Source: Armatimonadota bacterium (GTDB taxonomy: Bacteria; Armatimonadota; UBA5829). Taken from it: a stretch of 53,579 bases of DNA. The number at the start of each line of letters is the position of its first letter. Position 1 is the stretch's first letter. The stretch spans positions 1 through 53,579 of the forward strand of contig JARYME010000005.1 in NCBI GenBank assembly GCA_029907315.1, in the 5' to 3' direction. The translations under genes and the position numbers were made by a program. Below, piece by piece: positions 39,471 through 49,866 of the stretch. The notes under the pieces were generated by a model, which had not been told where the DNA came from, made no database searches, and saw only the letters and a program-made list of their open reading frames with translations.

Positions 39471-41189
39471 ATGGACAACGCGGAGTGGAATGTAGTTGAG
39501 TGTGATGAGGCCCTTGCTGTAAGGCTTGCTGCTGAGGCGGGAATACCCGCCGTAGTTGCGCGGCTTCTTGTTAACCGAGGTATCACTACCGTTGCTGAAG
39601 CCTATACTTTTCTGAATCCCTCGCTTGACCACCTGCATGATCCCTTCTTGTTGCCCGATTTGGATGCAGCGGTGGACCGATTGGTGCGAGCCGTGCGCAG
39701 TCGCGAAAAGATTTGTGTTCATGGGGACTACGATGTAGACGGAGTTACGGCCACTGCACTCTTGGTTAGAGTCCTGCGGGCTCTCAACGCTGATGTGGAA
39801 TACCACATCCCGAACAGGCTGTGCGACGGCTATGGATTGAAGCCCGAGGCTATTATAGAGATCGCACGCCGAGGTTCTCGAGTGGTCGTGACCTGCGACT
39901 GCGGCATAACGGCTTGGGAGGCTGCGGAAGCGGCACGTTATAACAACATTGATTTGGTGATCACCGATCATCACGAGCCAGGCGACAGGTTGCCGAAAGC
40001 TACGGCGGTAATCAATCCCAAGCGCAGAGATGCTGCTTATCCGTTTCCAGAGCTTGCGGGCGTTGGGGTCGCTTTTAAGTTGGCTCAAGGCTTGGTAAGA
40101 GCGCTCGACTACGACGAGGATCTTTTCACGCAGCGCTTTACTGACCTGGCAGCTCTCGGAACCGTGAGCGATGTTGTGCCGCTCCTGGGGGAGAACCGCT
40201 CGATAGTCAAACACGGCTTGGAGGTGCTTCCAGATACAAAGAAGGTGGGCCTGCGCACGATGATAAAGTGCGCAGGGTTGGAAAATAAGCCCCTTACGGC
40301 GCATTACCTCGCTTTCATCCTCGGACCTCGCATAAATGCTGCCGGGAGAATGCACGACGCGTCAACGGCGTTGAAGCTTCTGCTTACCAGGGAAGAAGAA
40401 GAGGCTGAGGACCTGGTGCAGCGCATAGAAGGTTATAACAACCAACGGCGAGCTGAACAGGAAAGGGTGTTTAACGAAGCTGTCCGTCAAGCAGAAATCA
40501 AATCTAACGCTGGCAAATCGGTACTCGTCGTTTCGGGCGCAGGCTGGAATCGTGGTGTAATCGGTATCGTTGCAGCCAGGATATGCGAGCTTTTCAACCG
40601 GCCTACCATCGTTATTAGCCGGGATGAGAGGCGCGGAATCGGCAGCGGGTCGGCACGCAGTATACCCGAGTTCAACCTGATCCAAGCGCTGCACAGCTGC
40701 AGCGACTTGTTGATTAAATACGGGGGCCACGCACTGGCTGCAGGAATCACTTTGCACCTCTCAGATATTGATCAGTTCGAGGATCGTGTAAACGCTGCGG
40801 CGCTGGAAGTTCTTCGCGTTGAAGAGCTGGTTCCGCGTATAGACATAGAGGCGGAGGTTAGTCCAACAGAATTGACGGTAGATCTTGCGCGAACTATCGA
40901 GAGCATGGAGCCATTCGGCAATGCGAATCCTGAACCATTGCTCCTTACTAACCGTCTGAAAATAGCAGATCTGAGGCGGGTAGGCGATGGCTCACACATC
41001 AAATTGCAATTGTATGGGCTGGGAGGCCCTCCTTTGGATTGCATAGGGTTTGGACTCGGTGATCTGGCTGCCGAGTTGGCAGTTGGAGACCTCGTAGATG
41101 TGTGCTACAGTATAAGAGTCGATGATTACAGAGATGCGGACGGTATTCAGCTTGTACTGAAAGGCGTGCGTCTGAGTCGATCCAGTTGA
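39471..41189 (+). CDS. recJ: ssDNA-specific exonuclease RecJ
   Basis: 'GDYDVDG', 'TDHH', 'GPRINAAGR', 'GSARS', 'GGHALAAG', 'EPFGNANP'. Confidence 0.97.
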   Translation: MDNAEWNVVECDEALAVRLAAEAGIPAVVARLLVNRGITTVAEAYTFLNPSLDHLHDPFLLPDLDAAVDRLVRAVRSREKICVHGDYDVDGVTATALLVRVLRALNADVEYHIPNRLCDGYGLKPEAIIEIARRGSRVVVTCDCGITAWEAAEAARYNNIDLVITDHHEPGDRLPKATAVINPKRRDAAYPFPELAGVGVAFKLAQGLVRALDYDEDLFTQRFTDLAALGTVSDVVPLLGENRSIVKHGLEVLPDTKKVGLRTMIKCAGLENKPLTAHYLAFILGPRINAAGRMHDASTALKLLLTREEEEAEDLVQRIEGYNNQRRAEQERVFNEAVRQAEIKSNAGKSVLVVSGAGWNRGVIGIVAARICELFNRPTIVISRDERRGIGSGSARSIPEFNLIQALHSCSDLLIKYGGHALAAGITLHLSDIDQFEDRVNAAALEVLRVEELVPRIDIEAEVSPTELTVDLARTIESMEPFGNANPEPLLLTNRLKIADLRRVGDGSHIKLQLYGLGGPPLDCIGFGLGDLAAELAVGDLVDVCYSIRVDDYRDADGIQLVLKGVRLSRSS

Positions 41190-41257
41190 TATATGCTGGT
41201 TCGCGCTAAGACATCTCCAAGCTTCGGTATTCTTCGTAAACAAGCAAGATAGTTTGA

Positions 41258-43465
41258 ATGGCAGACATCGGTAAGATCCTTGAAAAAGTCAAAAGCTATG
41301 ACCCGGACGCGGATCTCGATCTGATTCGCCGAGCATATGAGTTCGCCGCAAAAGCGCACGAGGGTCAGAAGCGTTTCACGGGCGAGCCTTACATTACGCA
41401 TCCCCTAGCCGCCGCAGAAGTACTGGCTGAGCTCGAAATGGATTCGCCGAGCATCGCCGCTGCTCTGCTGCACGATGTAGTCGAGGATCAGAACTACAGC
41501 ATAGAGGACATTAAGTCGCAGTTCGGCGCAGAAGTAGCGGCTTTGGTAGACGGCGTCACCAAACTCAAACTCAGCGATTTCGAGCCTCCCAAGGAACAGA
41601 AGGAAGAGCCCACCAAGAAGCGACGAGTGGAGCTTCGGCGTAGCGCAGAGAATCTCCGCAAGATCATATTGGCGATGGCGCGCGACTTACGTGTGATGGT
41701 TATCAAGCTTGCGGATCGCCTCCACAATATGCGCACGCTGCACGGGCTGCCCGAAGACCGGCGAAGAAAAGTTGCCGAGGAAACACTGCAGATATACGCT
41801 CCTCTCGCCCACAGGCTTGGTATCTGGAGACTCAAGTGGGAGCTTGAGGATTTGGCGTTCAAGTACACGAACCCCGAGGCATATGAAGAAGTTGCCGAGA
41901 AGGTTGCCAAGACGCGAGCCGAAAGAGAGGAAGATTTGGCTGAGGCTGTGGAGATGATCCGCAGCCACCTTGAGCGTGAGGGAATCGAGGCACATATACA
42001 AGCGAGGCCAAAACACCTCTACAGTATTTACCAGAAGATGCTGAAGGAGGGCGTCGACTTCTCCGAGATTTACGACCTCTCTGCACTGCGAATCATCGTA
42101 AACAGAGTTGGTGACTGCTACCACGCCTTGGGCCTTGTCCACGACTTGTGGATGCCGATTCCTGAACGGTTCTCCGACTACATAGCAAAACCCAAATCCA
42201 ATATGTATCAGTCCTTGCACACCAAGGTGATAGGACCCAGGGGTGAACCGCTAGAGGTTCAGATCAGAACCTGGGAAATGCACCGAGTGGCAGAGTTCGG
42301 TGTTGCTGCCCACTGGCAGTACAAAGAGCGGTTGCAGAGTGGGGATGAGTTTGAAAAGAAGCTTTCGTGGCTGCGTCAACAGCTTTTTGAGTGGCAAGCT
42401 GACAGCAAGGATGCGAGTGAATTCCTCCAGACGGTAGTTGAGGACTTGTTTGCCGATCAAGTATTTGTATTTACTCCTCGCGGCGACGTGATCGACTTGC
42501 CTGCGGGCTCCACGCCGATTGACTTTGCCTACCGCATACACAGCGATGTCGGCAATCACTGTGTAGGAGCCAAAGTAAACGGCCGGATAGTACCTCTCAC
42601 TTACCAGTTCAACAACGGCGACATTGTCGAGATAATCACGCGCTCAACCAGTCAGCCGAGTCTGGACTGGCTCACTTTTGCCAAAACCGGACATGCTCGA
42701 AGCAAGATTAAGGCTTTCTTCCGCAAGCAGCACTTTGCCGAGAACGTTGTCAAGGGCAAACAAATGTTGGAAGAAGAGCTCGAGCGAATGGGGCAGGACG
42801 GTCGAGCTCTGATGAAGAGCGACGAATTGGAGGCCATAGCCAAGAGCCTCAATTTCCAAACCGAAGAGGACCTCCTGGCTGCGGTTGGTTACGGTCACGT
42901 AGCTCCTGCCACTGTAGCATCACGGCTTCGTGGTCCGGAGGCGTCTAAGCCTGAACCCATACTCGTGGAGCCACCGAAAGCTTCCGGTACTCGCAAACTT
43001 GCCGTGACTCTTGATGGCGTACGAAACCTGATGGTAACTCGGGCGAAGTGCTGTGCGCCGCTGCCGGGAGAAGCTGTGGTGGGATACGTGAGCCGAGGCA
43101 AGGGGGTTATGCTTCACACGGCGGGATGTCCGAACGTGGAAGCGTACAGACGCAAGGAGCCAGAGCGCGTAGTGGAAATTCGCTGGGCGGGTGCCGATGG
43201 TGAACGTTTTCCTACCGACATCAGAATTAAAGCTCTCGACCGCGTGGGCGTGCTGAACAACATAACAGCTATCCTTTCCGAGCTGCGAAGCAACATAGCA
43301 GGTGCGCATATAAAGTCAAAACCAGACAAGACAGCTGATATTGAGATGACCGTAGAAGTGCCCGATATCAATCTGCTCAATGAGATAATTACGCGCGTCG
43401 GGGCGCTGACAGATGTGCTCGAAATAGAAAGGGTTTCTGCCAGAAAAGCGCGAAAAAGCAGGTAG
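41258..43465 (+). CDS. rel: Bifunctional (p)ppGpp synthetase/hydrolase Rel
   Basis: Intact HD 'LLHDVVED', 'KLADRLHNMRT', 'YQSLHT', 'EVQIRT', plus TGS, ZFD 'KCC' and ACT domains. Confidence 0.97.
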   Translation: MADIGKILEKVKSYDPDADLDLIRRAYEFAAKAHEGQKRFTGEPYITHPLAAAEVLAELEMDSPSIAAALLHDVVEDQNYSIEDIKSQFGAEVAALVDGVTKLKLSDFEPPKEQKEEPTKKRRVELRRSAENLRKIILAMARDLRVMVIKLADRLHNMRTLHGLPEDRRRKVAEETLQIYAPLAHRLGIWRLKWELEDLAFKYTNPEAYEEVAEKVAKTRAEREEDLAEAVEMIRSHLEREGIEAHIQARPKHLYSIYQKMLKEGVDFSEIYDLSALRIIVNRVGDCYHALGLVHDLWMPIPERFSDYIAKPKSNMYQSLHTKVIGPRGEPLEVQIRTWEMHRVAEFGVAAHWQYKERLQSGDEFEKKLSWLRQQLFEWQADSKDASEFLQTVVEDLFADQVFVFTPRGDVIDLPAGSTPIDFAYRIHSDVGNHCVGAKVNGRIVPLTYQFNNGDIVEIITRSTSQPSLDWLTFAKTGHARSKIKAFFRKQHFAENVVKGKQMLEEELERMGQDGRALMKSDELEAIAKSLNFQTEEDLLAAVGYGHVAPATVASRLRGPEASKPEPILVEPPKASGTRKLAVTLDGVRNLMVTRAKCCAPLPGEAVVGYVSRGKGVMLHTAGCPNVEAYRRKEPERVVEIRWAGADGERFPTDIRIKALDRVGVLNNITAILSELRSNIAGAHIKSKPDKTADIEMTVEVPDINLLNEIITRVGALTDVLEIERVSARKARKSR

Positions 43466-43653
43466 CAACAATCGGATTGCAGCTCCCGTGGGCTGGAATA
43501 ATTCGCAACACTTAGTCCTACGGACTTCGTGTAGCACTGGGGGGTGGCCTCGGTTTGATGCGAGGTTTGCCAGGCGTGCCGTTAATGGTCTTGAACCCTT
43601 TATATCCACTGAGCTAACGAGTGTTGCCTGTTACCTATGGAGAGCTTTTCCTT

Positions 43654-44097
43654 ATGCGAGCGGTTGTTCAGAGAGTTCGGTCGGCAAGCGTGAGCGTTGA
43701 CGATCAGGTAATAGCTCAGATAGGACGCGGGCTGCTGATACTGCTGGGTGTTGCCCAAGACGACGATGCGTCCGACGTGAACTACCTAGCTGAAAAGATT
43801 TCGAATCTGCGCATCTTCGAAGACGAAGTTGGGAAAATGAATTTGTCGGTGCTCGACATAGGTGGAGAGGCACTGGTCGTTTCTCAGTTTACTTTGCTTG
43901 GAGATTGCAAAAAAGGACGTCGGCCCAGTTTTGACAAAGCTGCTGCTCCAGAGAAAGCCGAAACATTGTATAATGATTTTGTAGAAATGCTGCGGGCGTG
44001 TGGCGTGTCCACGCAGACAGGAAGGTTTCAAGCCAAGATGATTGTTGCGTTGGAAAACGACGGTCCTGTAACATTTGTTCTCGATACACGAGCCTAA
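43654..44097 (+). CDS. dtd: D-aminoacyl-tRNA deacylase
   Basis: 'MRAVVQRV', 'SQFTL', 'NDGPVT'. Confidence 0.97.
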   Translation: MRAVVQRVRSASVSVDDQVIAQIGRGLLILLGVAQDDDASDVNYLAEKISNLRIFEDEVGKMNLSVLDIGGEALVVSQFTLLGDCKKGRRPSFDKAAAPEKAETLYNDFVEMLRACGVSTQTGRFQAKMIVALENDGPVTFVLDTRA

Positions 44098-44131
44098 TGT
44101 CCTTACGGCTTGCAAGGGAAGTTGTTCTAAG

Positions 44132-44989
44132 GTGACCACGAACCGAAGAAGCGAATTTTCAAACAGTGCCCAAAGCGCTTTCGAGGAATGGCGCAGGCGA
44201 CGAGCTGGTGGTGATCCTCGAGAGCCCGAGACAGCTTATGAGCGCCAGGAGTTCGGAGACGCTTTGTGTAGCGAGGGCAAAGTGCGGGAGGCCATCGTTC
44301 AGTATCGGAAAGCCGTCGAAATGGAAGGCGACAATCCTACGTACCACACCCGCTTGGGCGATGCATACGCGTACTCTGAGATGTCGACAAAAGCTGTGGC
44401 AGAGTACCGCAAAGCTATAAAGATTAGCCCACGCAGAGCCGAACCGCATTACAGCCTAGCAGAGATATACAGACGCTGCGGAAAGTGGAACGCAGCCGTC
44501 GCGGAGTATCGTAAGGCGACTCAGTACAACGCAATGAATCCGTTCTACCGCTACAAGCTGGGCGTGGCACTTTGGCATGTAGGCCTTCGCGAGGAAGCCG
44601 TGAGTCAACTTGAAATGGCAGTTCAGATTGCCCCAACCGACGGTTTCTATCATTTTTGCCTAGGCGATATGTACGCGCAGATGGGTCGAGTGGGTGATGC
44701 GATAATCGAAATGCAGCAGGCCACTATTTTCAGCCCGCGCGACGCTTACTATAGCTTCCGTCTGGGTTTGTTATATGCGCATGCATCGTATTTTAGTGAT
44801 GCCATCGCGGCACTAAAGCGCGCGATCAGGCTTAACCCCGAAGAACGGGTTTACCACGCAGTGCTCGCAGAAGTGTATCGTGAGGTCGGTAACTTCGAGC
44901 GGGCTGAGTTGCATCTCACATACGCGCAGCAGATGGACCAGTTTGATACGGCGAATCTGGCCGTGGTGAAGAGGCAAGCGGAGGTCTGA
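44132..44989 (+). CDS. Tetratricopeptide repeat protein (~7 TPRs)
   Basis: Repeated 'EA..YRKA...P....H..LG' units. Start uncertain (GTG 44132 chosen). Confidence 0.88.
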   Translation: MTTNRRSEFSNSAQSAFEEWRRRRAGGDPREPETAYERQEFGDALCSEGKVREAIVQYRKAVEMEGDNPTYHTRLGDAYAYSEMSTKAVAEYRKAIKISPRRAEPHYSLAEIYRRCGKWNAAVAEYRKATQYNAMNPFYRYKLGVALWHVGLREEAVSQLEMAVQIAPTDGFYHFCLGDMYAQMGRVGDAIIEMQQATIFSPRDAYYSFRLGLLYAHASYFSDAIAALKRAIRLNPEERVYHAVLAEVYREVGNFERAELHLTYAQQMDQFDTANLAVVKRQAEV

Positions 44990-44992
44990 AAC

Positions 44993-45622
44993 GTGGCACT
45001 GGAGCTTCGCTGCCTTACGGTAGGTCCGCTTGAGACGAACTGTTACTTGTTGTGGGACCGCGAGACTTACTCTGCTGCAGTAATCGATCCTGGCGGCGAC
45101 GCTGATCGAATTATCGACGAGATTAGCAACCATGGTCTTCGAGTTGAGCGCGTACTTATAACCCACGGGCACATCGACCACTGTTACTCTGCGGCGGATG
45201 TCGCCGAGCAGTGTGGGGCCTCTGTGATGATGCACTCTGCGGATGTCGAGATGCTGCAGGTCAGCTTGGAAATCGCGGGGCAGTTCTACGATATGAGCGA
45301 CTACAGATCCGTGAGCCCGTCGGAGTTCGTTTCTGAAGGCGACGTGATCCTAATAGGGCAGCACGAGGTGAAGGTTATTCACACTCCCGGCCATTCGCCC
45401 GGCAGCGTTTCCTATGTTGCGGCTGTGGGCATCTTCTGCGGTGATGCTGTTTTTGCTAGTTCGATAGGACGCACCGACTTTCCCGGTGGTTCCCACGAGC
45501 TCCTGATTCGTTCGATCAAAAGCAAGATCCTTTCATTTCCAGACGATACGGTTCTTTATCCCGGGCACGGTCCTTCAACGACTGTCGGACGCGAGCGCCG
45601 CTCGAATCCTTACCTACATTAA
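44993..45622 (+). CDS. MBL-fold metallo-hydrolase (glyoxalase II/YcbL-like)
   Basis: 'THGHIDH', 'TPGHSPG', 'GRTDFPGG', 'PGHG'. Confidence 0.93.
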   Translation: MALELRCLTVGPLETNCYLLWDRETYSAAVIDPGGDADRIIDEISNHGLRVERVLITHGHIDHCYSAADVAEQCGASVMMHSADVEMLQVSLEIAGQFYDMSDYRSVSPSEFVSEGDVILIGQHEVKVIHTPGHSPGSVSYVAAVGIFCGDAVFASSIGRTDFPGGSHELLIRSIKSKILSFPDDTVLYPGHGPSTTVGRERRSNPYLH

Positions 45623-45730
45623 TCCTGCGCTAGGGTTTTAAAGGCTCTTCAAAAGCCCAAGGTGACACTGTGCATAGCCCCTAGGTGGTGTTCTCGCTGC
45701 AGGGAGTAGAAGCCGTTTCTCCGTCGCGCA

Positions 45731-45759
45731 TTGACGCACTGAGCGCTCGATGCTATACT
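45731..45759 (+). promoter_or_regulatory. Putative sigma70 promoter for accB-hom
   Basis: TTGACG-N17-TATACT with extended TG. Confidence 0.65.
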
Positions 45760-45838
45760 TACTCTTGCCGCGGGAATGTTGTTCCAGGAGGGCGGAGGTG
45801 GATCCGTCCTTCTGTTTTTGCATGTAGGTGATGAGCAC

Positions 45839-46342
45839 TTGGCAAAGCGAGACATAGATGTAGAGCAGATCGGCGAGCTACTGAAACTTGTTGAAGCCCA
45901 CGGGTTGGCTGAGCTGACCGTGGAAGAAGGAGACTTGGTTATCACGATCAAAGGATCCGCGCAGCTTGCCTCTCAACCTGTAGTCACTTCTTCGCCTGTC
46001 GTGGCAGTTCAGGTGCCGGATCCATCAGTGCCGGAATGTGCGCCGGCGGTTGCTGAACCTGTTGAGGAAAGACCGAGCGAACCTGAGCCTGATGGTAAGA
46101 TAGTAGACATTGTTGCCCCTCTAGTGGGCGTGTTCTATCGAGCTCCGGCACCGGATGCACCTCCGTTCGTCGAAGTTGGAGATCACATCGAGGTCGGTAC
46201 CGAAATCGGACTAATTGAGGCAATGAAGGTATTCAGTCCTATACCTAGCGATGTTGCAGGCGTAGTGGTTGCTATTCCCGCGGAAAACGGCAAACTCGTC
46301 CAAAAAGGAGAAACGCTGGTAAGAGTAAGGGTCGAGGAGTGA
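45839..46342 (+). CDS. accB: Biotin carboxyl carrier protein
   Basis: 'APLVGVFYRAP', biotinylation motif 'EAMK', Pro/Ala linker; AGGTG RBS before TTG 45839. Confidence 0.93.
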   Translation: MAKRDIDVEQIGELLKLVEAHGLAELTVEEGDLVITIKGSAQLASQPVVTSSPVVAVQVPDPSVPECAPAVAEPVEERPSEPEPDGKIVDIVAPLVGVFYRAPAPDAPPFVEVGDHIEVGTEIGLIEAMKVFSPIPSDVAGVVVAIPAENGKLVQKGETLVRVRVEE

Positions 46343-47625
46343 AGGACGTTATCAATATCGGAATCATAGGCTTTGGAACTGTTGGAGTGGGAGCAGTCAA
46401 ACTGCTATTGGAGAATGCCGATTCGATAGCGCGGAAGGTCGGATCGAGGCTTGTCATAAAACGCGTAGCCGATCTGGACATTGCCTCGCCTAGACCTGTA
46501 GCCGTCGATCCATCTCTGCTTACTACGAACGCGTATGATGTCCTTGACGACCCCGAAATCGACATAGTGGTCGAGGTTATTGGTGGTGTCAAACCAGCGG
46601 ACGATTATATCAAGCGCGCTCTTGAATCCGGTAAACACGTGGTTACCGCCAATAAAGAACTCATTGCCAAGGAAGGTTCGGAACTCCTGCCTCTTGCTTC
46701 TCGGCTGAAGCGGGATCTGATGTTCGAGGCGTCTGTTGGTGGGGGGATACCAATCATTCGACCGCTCAAAACGTGTTTGGCGGGGAACGAAATCCTAGAA
46801 GTCAAAGGCATAGTAAACGGCACTACCAATTATATCTTGACACAGATGAAGGACGAAGGAATCTCCTTCTCGGAAGCGTTGCGTCAGGCTCAAGAACGAG
46901 GCTACGCTGAAGCTGATCCGTCCAGTGACGTCGACGGCCATGATGCTGCCTATAAGATAGCCATCCTCGCGTCCATTGCGTTTACTAGCAGGGCGGACGT
47001 TGCGGCCGTTTACCGGGAAGGGATAAGAGAAATATCCGCTGAGGACTTGAGGTATGCAGACCAGCTCGGGTTCGCGGTCAAACTTCTTGCAATTGCAAAG
47101 CGGTTGAATGAAGGGATGTCAGTCCGTGTGCACCCTGCATTTGTGCCAAAGTCCCATCCATTGGCTCACGTCAATGGAGTGTATAACGCAATCTTCGTGC
47201 GTGGTAACGCCGTTGGAGAGGTTATGTTCTTTGGTAGAGGTGCGGGCAGTGAAGCAGCTGGGAGTGCAGTTGTCGGCGACATAATCGACATTGCCCGCAA
47301 CATAAACACTGGCGCAACTGCGCGTGTTTCATGCACGTGCTTTGATAAACTGCCCATGCTAGGCATGGAAAATGTAAGCTGTCGGAACTACGTGAGAATA
47401 ATTGCTGAAGACAAACCCAGAGTACTTGCCGCAATTGCGGCAGAGTTTGCGAACTACGAGGTGTCGATACAATCCGTGTTGCAGCGGATGCTTCCAGATT
47501 CGTGTGCTGAAATTGTGTGGCTTACACATGAGGCGCCGGAACCGAGTATGAAAGCAGCTCTCGACGCGATCAGACGTTTACCGGTCGTGAAGCACATCGG
47601 CAGCAGAATCAGAGTGGAAGACTGA
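46339..47625 (+). CDS. hom: Homoserine dehydrogenase with ACT domain
   Basis: 'GFGTVG', 'VTANK', 'EASVGGGIP', 'NGTTNYIL', 'GYAEADP'. Confidence 0.97.
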   Translation: MKDVINIGIIGFGTVGVGAVKLLLENADSIARKVGSRLVIKRVADLDIASPRPVAVDPSLLTTNAYDVLDDPEIDIVVEVIGGVKPADDYIKRALESGKHVVTANKELIAKEGSELLPLASRLKRDLMFEASVGGGIPIIRPLKTCLAGNEILEVKGIVNGTTNYILTQMKDEGISFSEALRQAQERGYAEADPSSDVDGHDAAYKIAILASIAFTSRADVAAVYREGIREISAEDLRYADQLGFAVKLLAIAKRLNEGMSVRVHPAFVPKSHPLAHVNGVYNAIFVRGNAVGEVMFFGRGAGSEAAGSAVVGDIIDIARNINTGATARVSCTCFDKLPMLGMENVSCRNYVRIIAEDKPRVLAAIAAEFANYEVSIQSVLQRMLPDSCAEIVWLTHEAPEPSMKAALDAIRRLPVVKHIGSRIRVED

Positions 47626-47695
47626 GCAGACTGAGTATCGACCTGGTAGCAGCGTTTGTTCAGCCGAACATAAAGGAAGAGGAACTGGAAAGCTG

Positions 47696-48769
47696 ATGAG
47701 TCCGCAGTCGTTCAAGAGGATTCCCCTAATCGAGAGGTATCGCGAGTTTTTGCCCGTTACCGACCGCACCCCCATAATTTCGCTTTCTGAAGGCTACACA
47801 CCGTTAATTAAAGCGGATAGGCTTGCATCCATGCTTGGCGGTGAGCTCACGATTTATCTCAAGTTTGAGGGTATGAATCCTACGGGTAGTTTCAAAGATC
47901 GCGGGATGACTATGGCAATTTCCAAAGCAGTGGAAGCAGGAAGTAGAGCTACGATCTGCGCTTCTACGGGAAACACTGCTGCGTCCGCTGCTGCCTATTC
48001 GGCACGGGCAGGATTGGTATGCGCAGTCATACTCCCTAGGGGAGCAGTGGCAATCGGCAAAGTGTCTCAATCACTGATTCACGGCGCCAAGGTACTTGCG
48101 ATAGACGGCAACTTCGACGACGCGCTTAGGATAACACGCGAAATCTCAGAAGCCTATCCGATTACTTTGGTGAACTCGCTCAATCCCTACAGGATAGAGG
48201 GCCAGAAGACTGGCGCCTTCGAGATATGCGACGAGCTCGGACACGCCCCGACATACCATGCAATCCCAGTGGGGAACGCGGGGAACATAACAGCCTATTG
48301 GGCAGGTTACAAAGCATACTACGATGCCGGTAAGATCGAAACTTTGCCCATCATGTTGGGCTTTCAAGCTGCCAAATCTGCTCCAATAGTGGACGGTCAT
48401 CCTATTGAGAATCCTGAAACCATAGCAACCGCCATACGCATCGGCAATCCGGCCAGCTGGAAACAGGCGGTGGCAGCGCGCGACGAATCGGGCGGCATTA
48501 TTGACAAAGTCACCGACGAAGAGATAACCGACGCGCAGAAGCTGCTCGCCTCGGTGGAGGGCATCTTCTGTGAGCCGGCGTCGGCGGCATCCGTCGCCGG
48601 GGTAATAAAAAAGGCGAAGGAAGGATTCTTCCGCGGCAAGTGCGACATCGTTTGCGTGCTGACAGGCCACGGCCTGAAGGATCCGGACCGAGCGATTAAG
48701 ATAGCGCCGCCGATTATCGAACTGCCGGCCGACACAAAAGCGGTTGCGAAGGAGATGAAACTGGTATGA
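47696..48769 (+). CDS. thrC: Threonine synthase
   Basis: 'NPTGSFKDRG' (PLP Lys), 'ASTGNT', 'PVGNAGN', 'TGHGLKD'. Confidence 0.97.
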   Translation: MSPQSFKRIPLIERYREFLPVTDRTPIISLSEGYTPLIKADRLASMLGGELTIYLKFEGMNPTGSFKDRGMTMAISKAVEAGSRATICASTGNTAASAAAYSARAGLVCAVILPRGAVAIGKVSQSLIHGAKVLAIDGNFDDALRITREISEAYPITLVNSLNPYRIEGQKTGAFEICDELGHAPTYHAIPVGNAGNITAYWAGYKAYYDAGKIETLPIMLGFQAAKSAPIVDGHPIENPETIATAIRIGNPASWKQAVAARDESGGIIDKVTDEEITDAQKLLASVEGIFCEPASAASVAGVIKKAKEGFFRGKCDIVCVLTGHGLKDPDRAIKIAPPIIELPADTKAVAKEMKLV

Positions 48770-49701
48770 TCGTGACCACGACGGACATCAAAGGCCTGCC
48801 CAAGTTCGTAACTGGCAAAGTGAGAGACGTTTACGATCTGGAAGACGAACTGCTTATCGTGGCGACAGACCGCATCTCCGCTTTCGATGTGGTTCTGCCG
48901 ACGCCTATTCCAGACAAGGGAAAAGTTCTGACGCAGATGTCGCTTTTCTGGTTCGATCTCACCAAAGATATTGTTGACAACCATCTGGTTACTGCCGACA
49001 CAGACGAGATCCTTGATCGCATCGGCAAAGCCGGTGTAGAGAGCCCAGAGCAGTACAGGGAGTTATTGGACGGGCGCTCTATGCTTGTCGTCAAGACAAA
49101 GCCCATCCCGATAGAGTGCGTTGTGAGAGGATACCTAGCAGGATCGGCGTGGAAGGAATACTCTGCTCTACGGGCGGCGTCTGGAAGCAGTGGAACCGTC
49201 GTTCTCCACGGAGTTGAACTGCCGGCGGATATGGTCGAGTGTCAAAAAATGCCTCGCCCTGTGTTTACACCGGCAACCAAGGAGACCACTGGACATGATG
49301 TCAACATCAGTGCTCAGGAGGCGCGGCAGATCGTCGGAGAGGAAATCGGCAGGCAACTGGAGGTTCTTAGCCTCGCGTTGTATAATCGTGCTTCCGAATA
49401 CGCTGCTGAGCGCGGAATCATCATAAGCGACACCAAGTTCGAATTTGGGCAACTAAACGATCATCTCATCTTGATAGACGAGGTCTTGACGCCTGACTCG
49501 TCAAGGTTTTGGGACGCAAAGTTATACACGCCAGGACGCAGCCAGCCCAGCTTCGACAAACAGTTCGTCAGGGATTATCTGTTGAGTCTTGATTGGGATC
49601 GCACTTACCCTGGTCCGGAGCTGCCGGAAGACATTGTGGCAAAGACGGCGGAGAAGTACCGCGAGGCATATCAAAGATTGGTAGGCAAGCCGTTGGTTTA
49701 G
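48766..49701 (+). CDS. purC: SAICAR synthetase
   Basis: 'GKVRDVY', 'TDRISAFD', 'DTKFEFG', 'TPDSSRFW', 'DKQFVRD'. Confidence 0.97.
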   Translation: MIVTTTDIKGLPKFVTGKVRDVYDLEDELLIVATDRISAFDVVLPTPIPDKGKVLTQMSLFWFDLTKDIVDNHLVTADTDEILDRIGKAGVESPEQYRELLDGRSMLVVKTKPIPIECVVRGYLAGSAWKEYSALRAASGSSGTVVLHGVELPADMVECQKMPRPVFTPATKETTGHDVNISAQEARQIVGEEIGRQLEVLSLALYNRASEYAAERGIIISDTKFEFGQLNDHLILIDEVLTPDSSRFWDAKLYTPGRSQPSFDKQFVRDYLLSLDWDRTYPGPELPEDIVAKTAEKYREAYQRLVGKPLV

Positions 49702-49866
49702 TCGGGATAGATTCTACGGCAGCGCTTCGGTTAGAAATACTAAGCGTTTTGAAGCTGTGTAGCGTCGTGTGTGATTTGGTTGTGATGCGGGTCAGATCTC
49801 GGCAAGCTCGAGCTCCTGCTGCCGCCACATACTATGGGCGTGAATTAGTTTGGGTGTTTGGAGGCG

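Noticed and set aside
39297-40355. 352-aa minus-strand ORF opposite recJ
   Set aside because: Antisense shadow of a conserved gene, with no domain signature.
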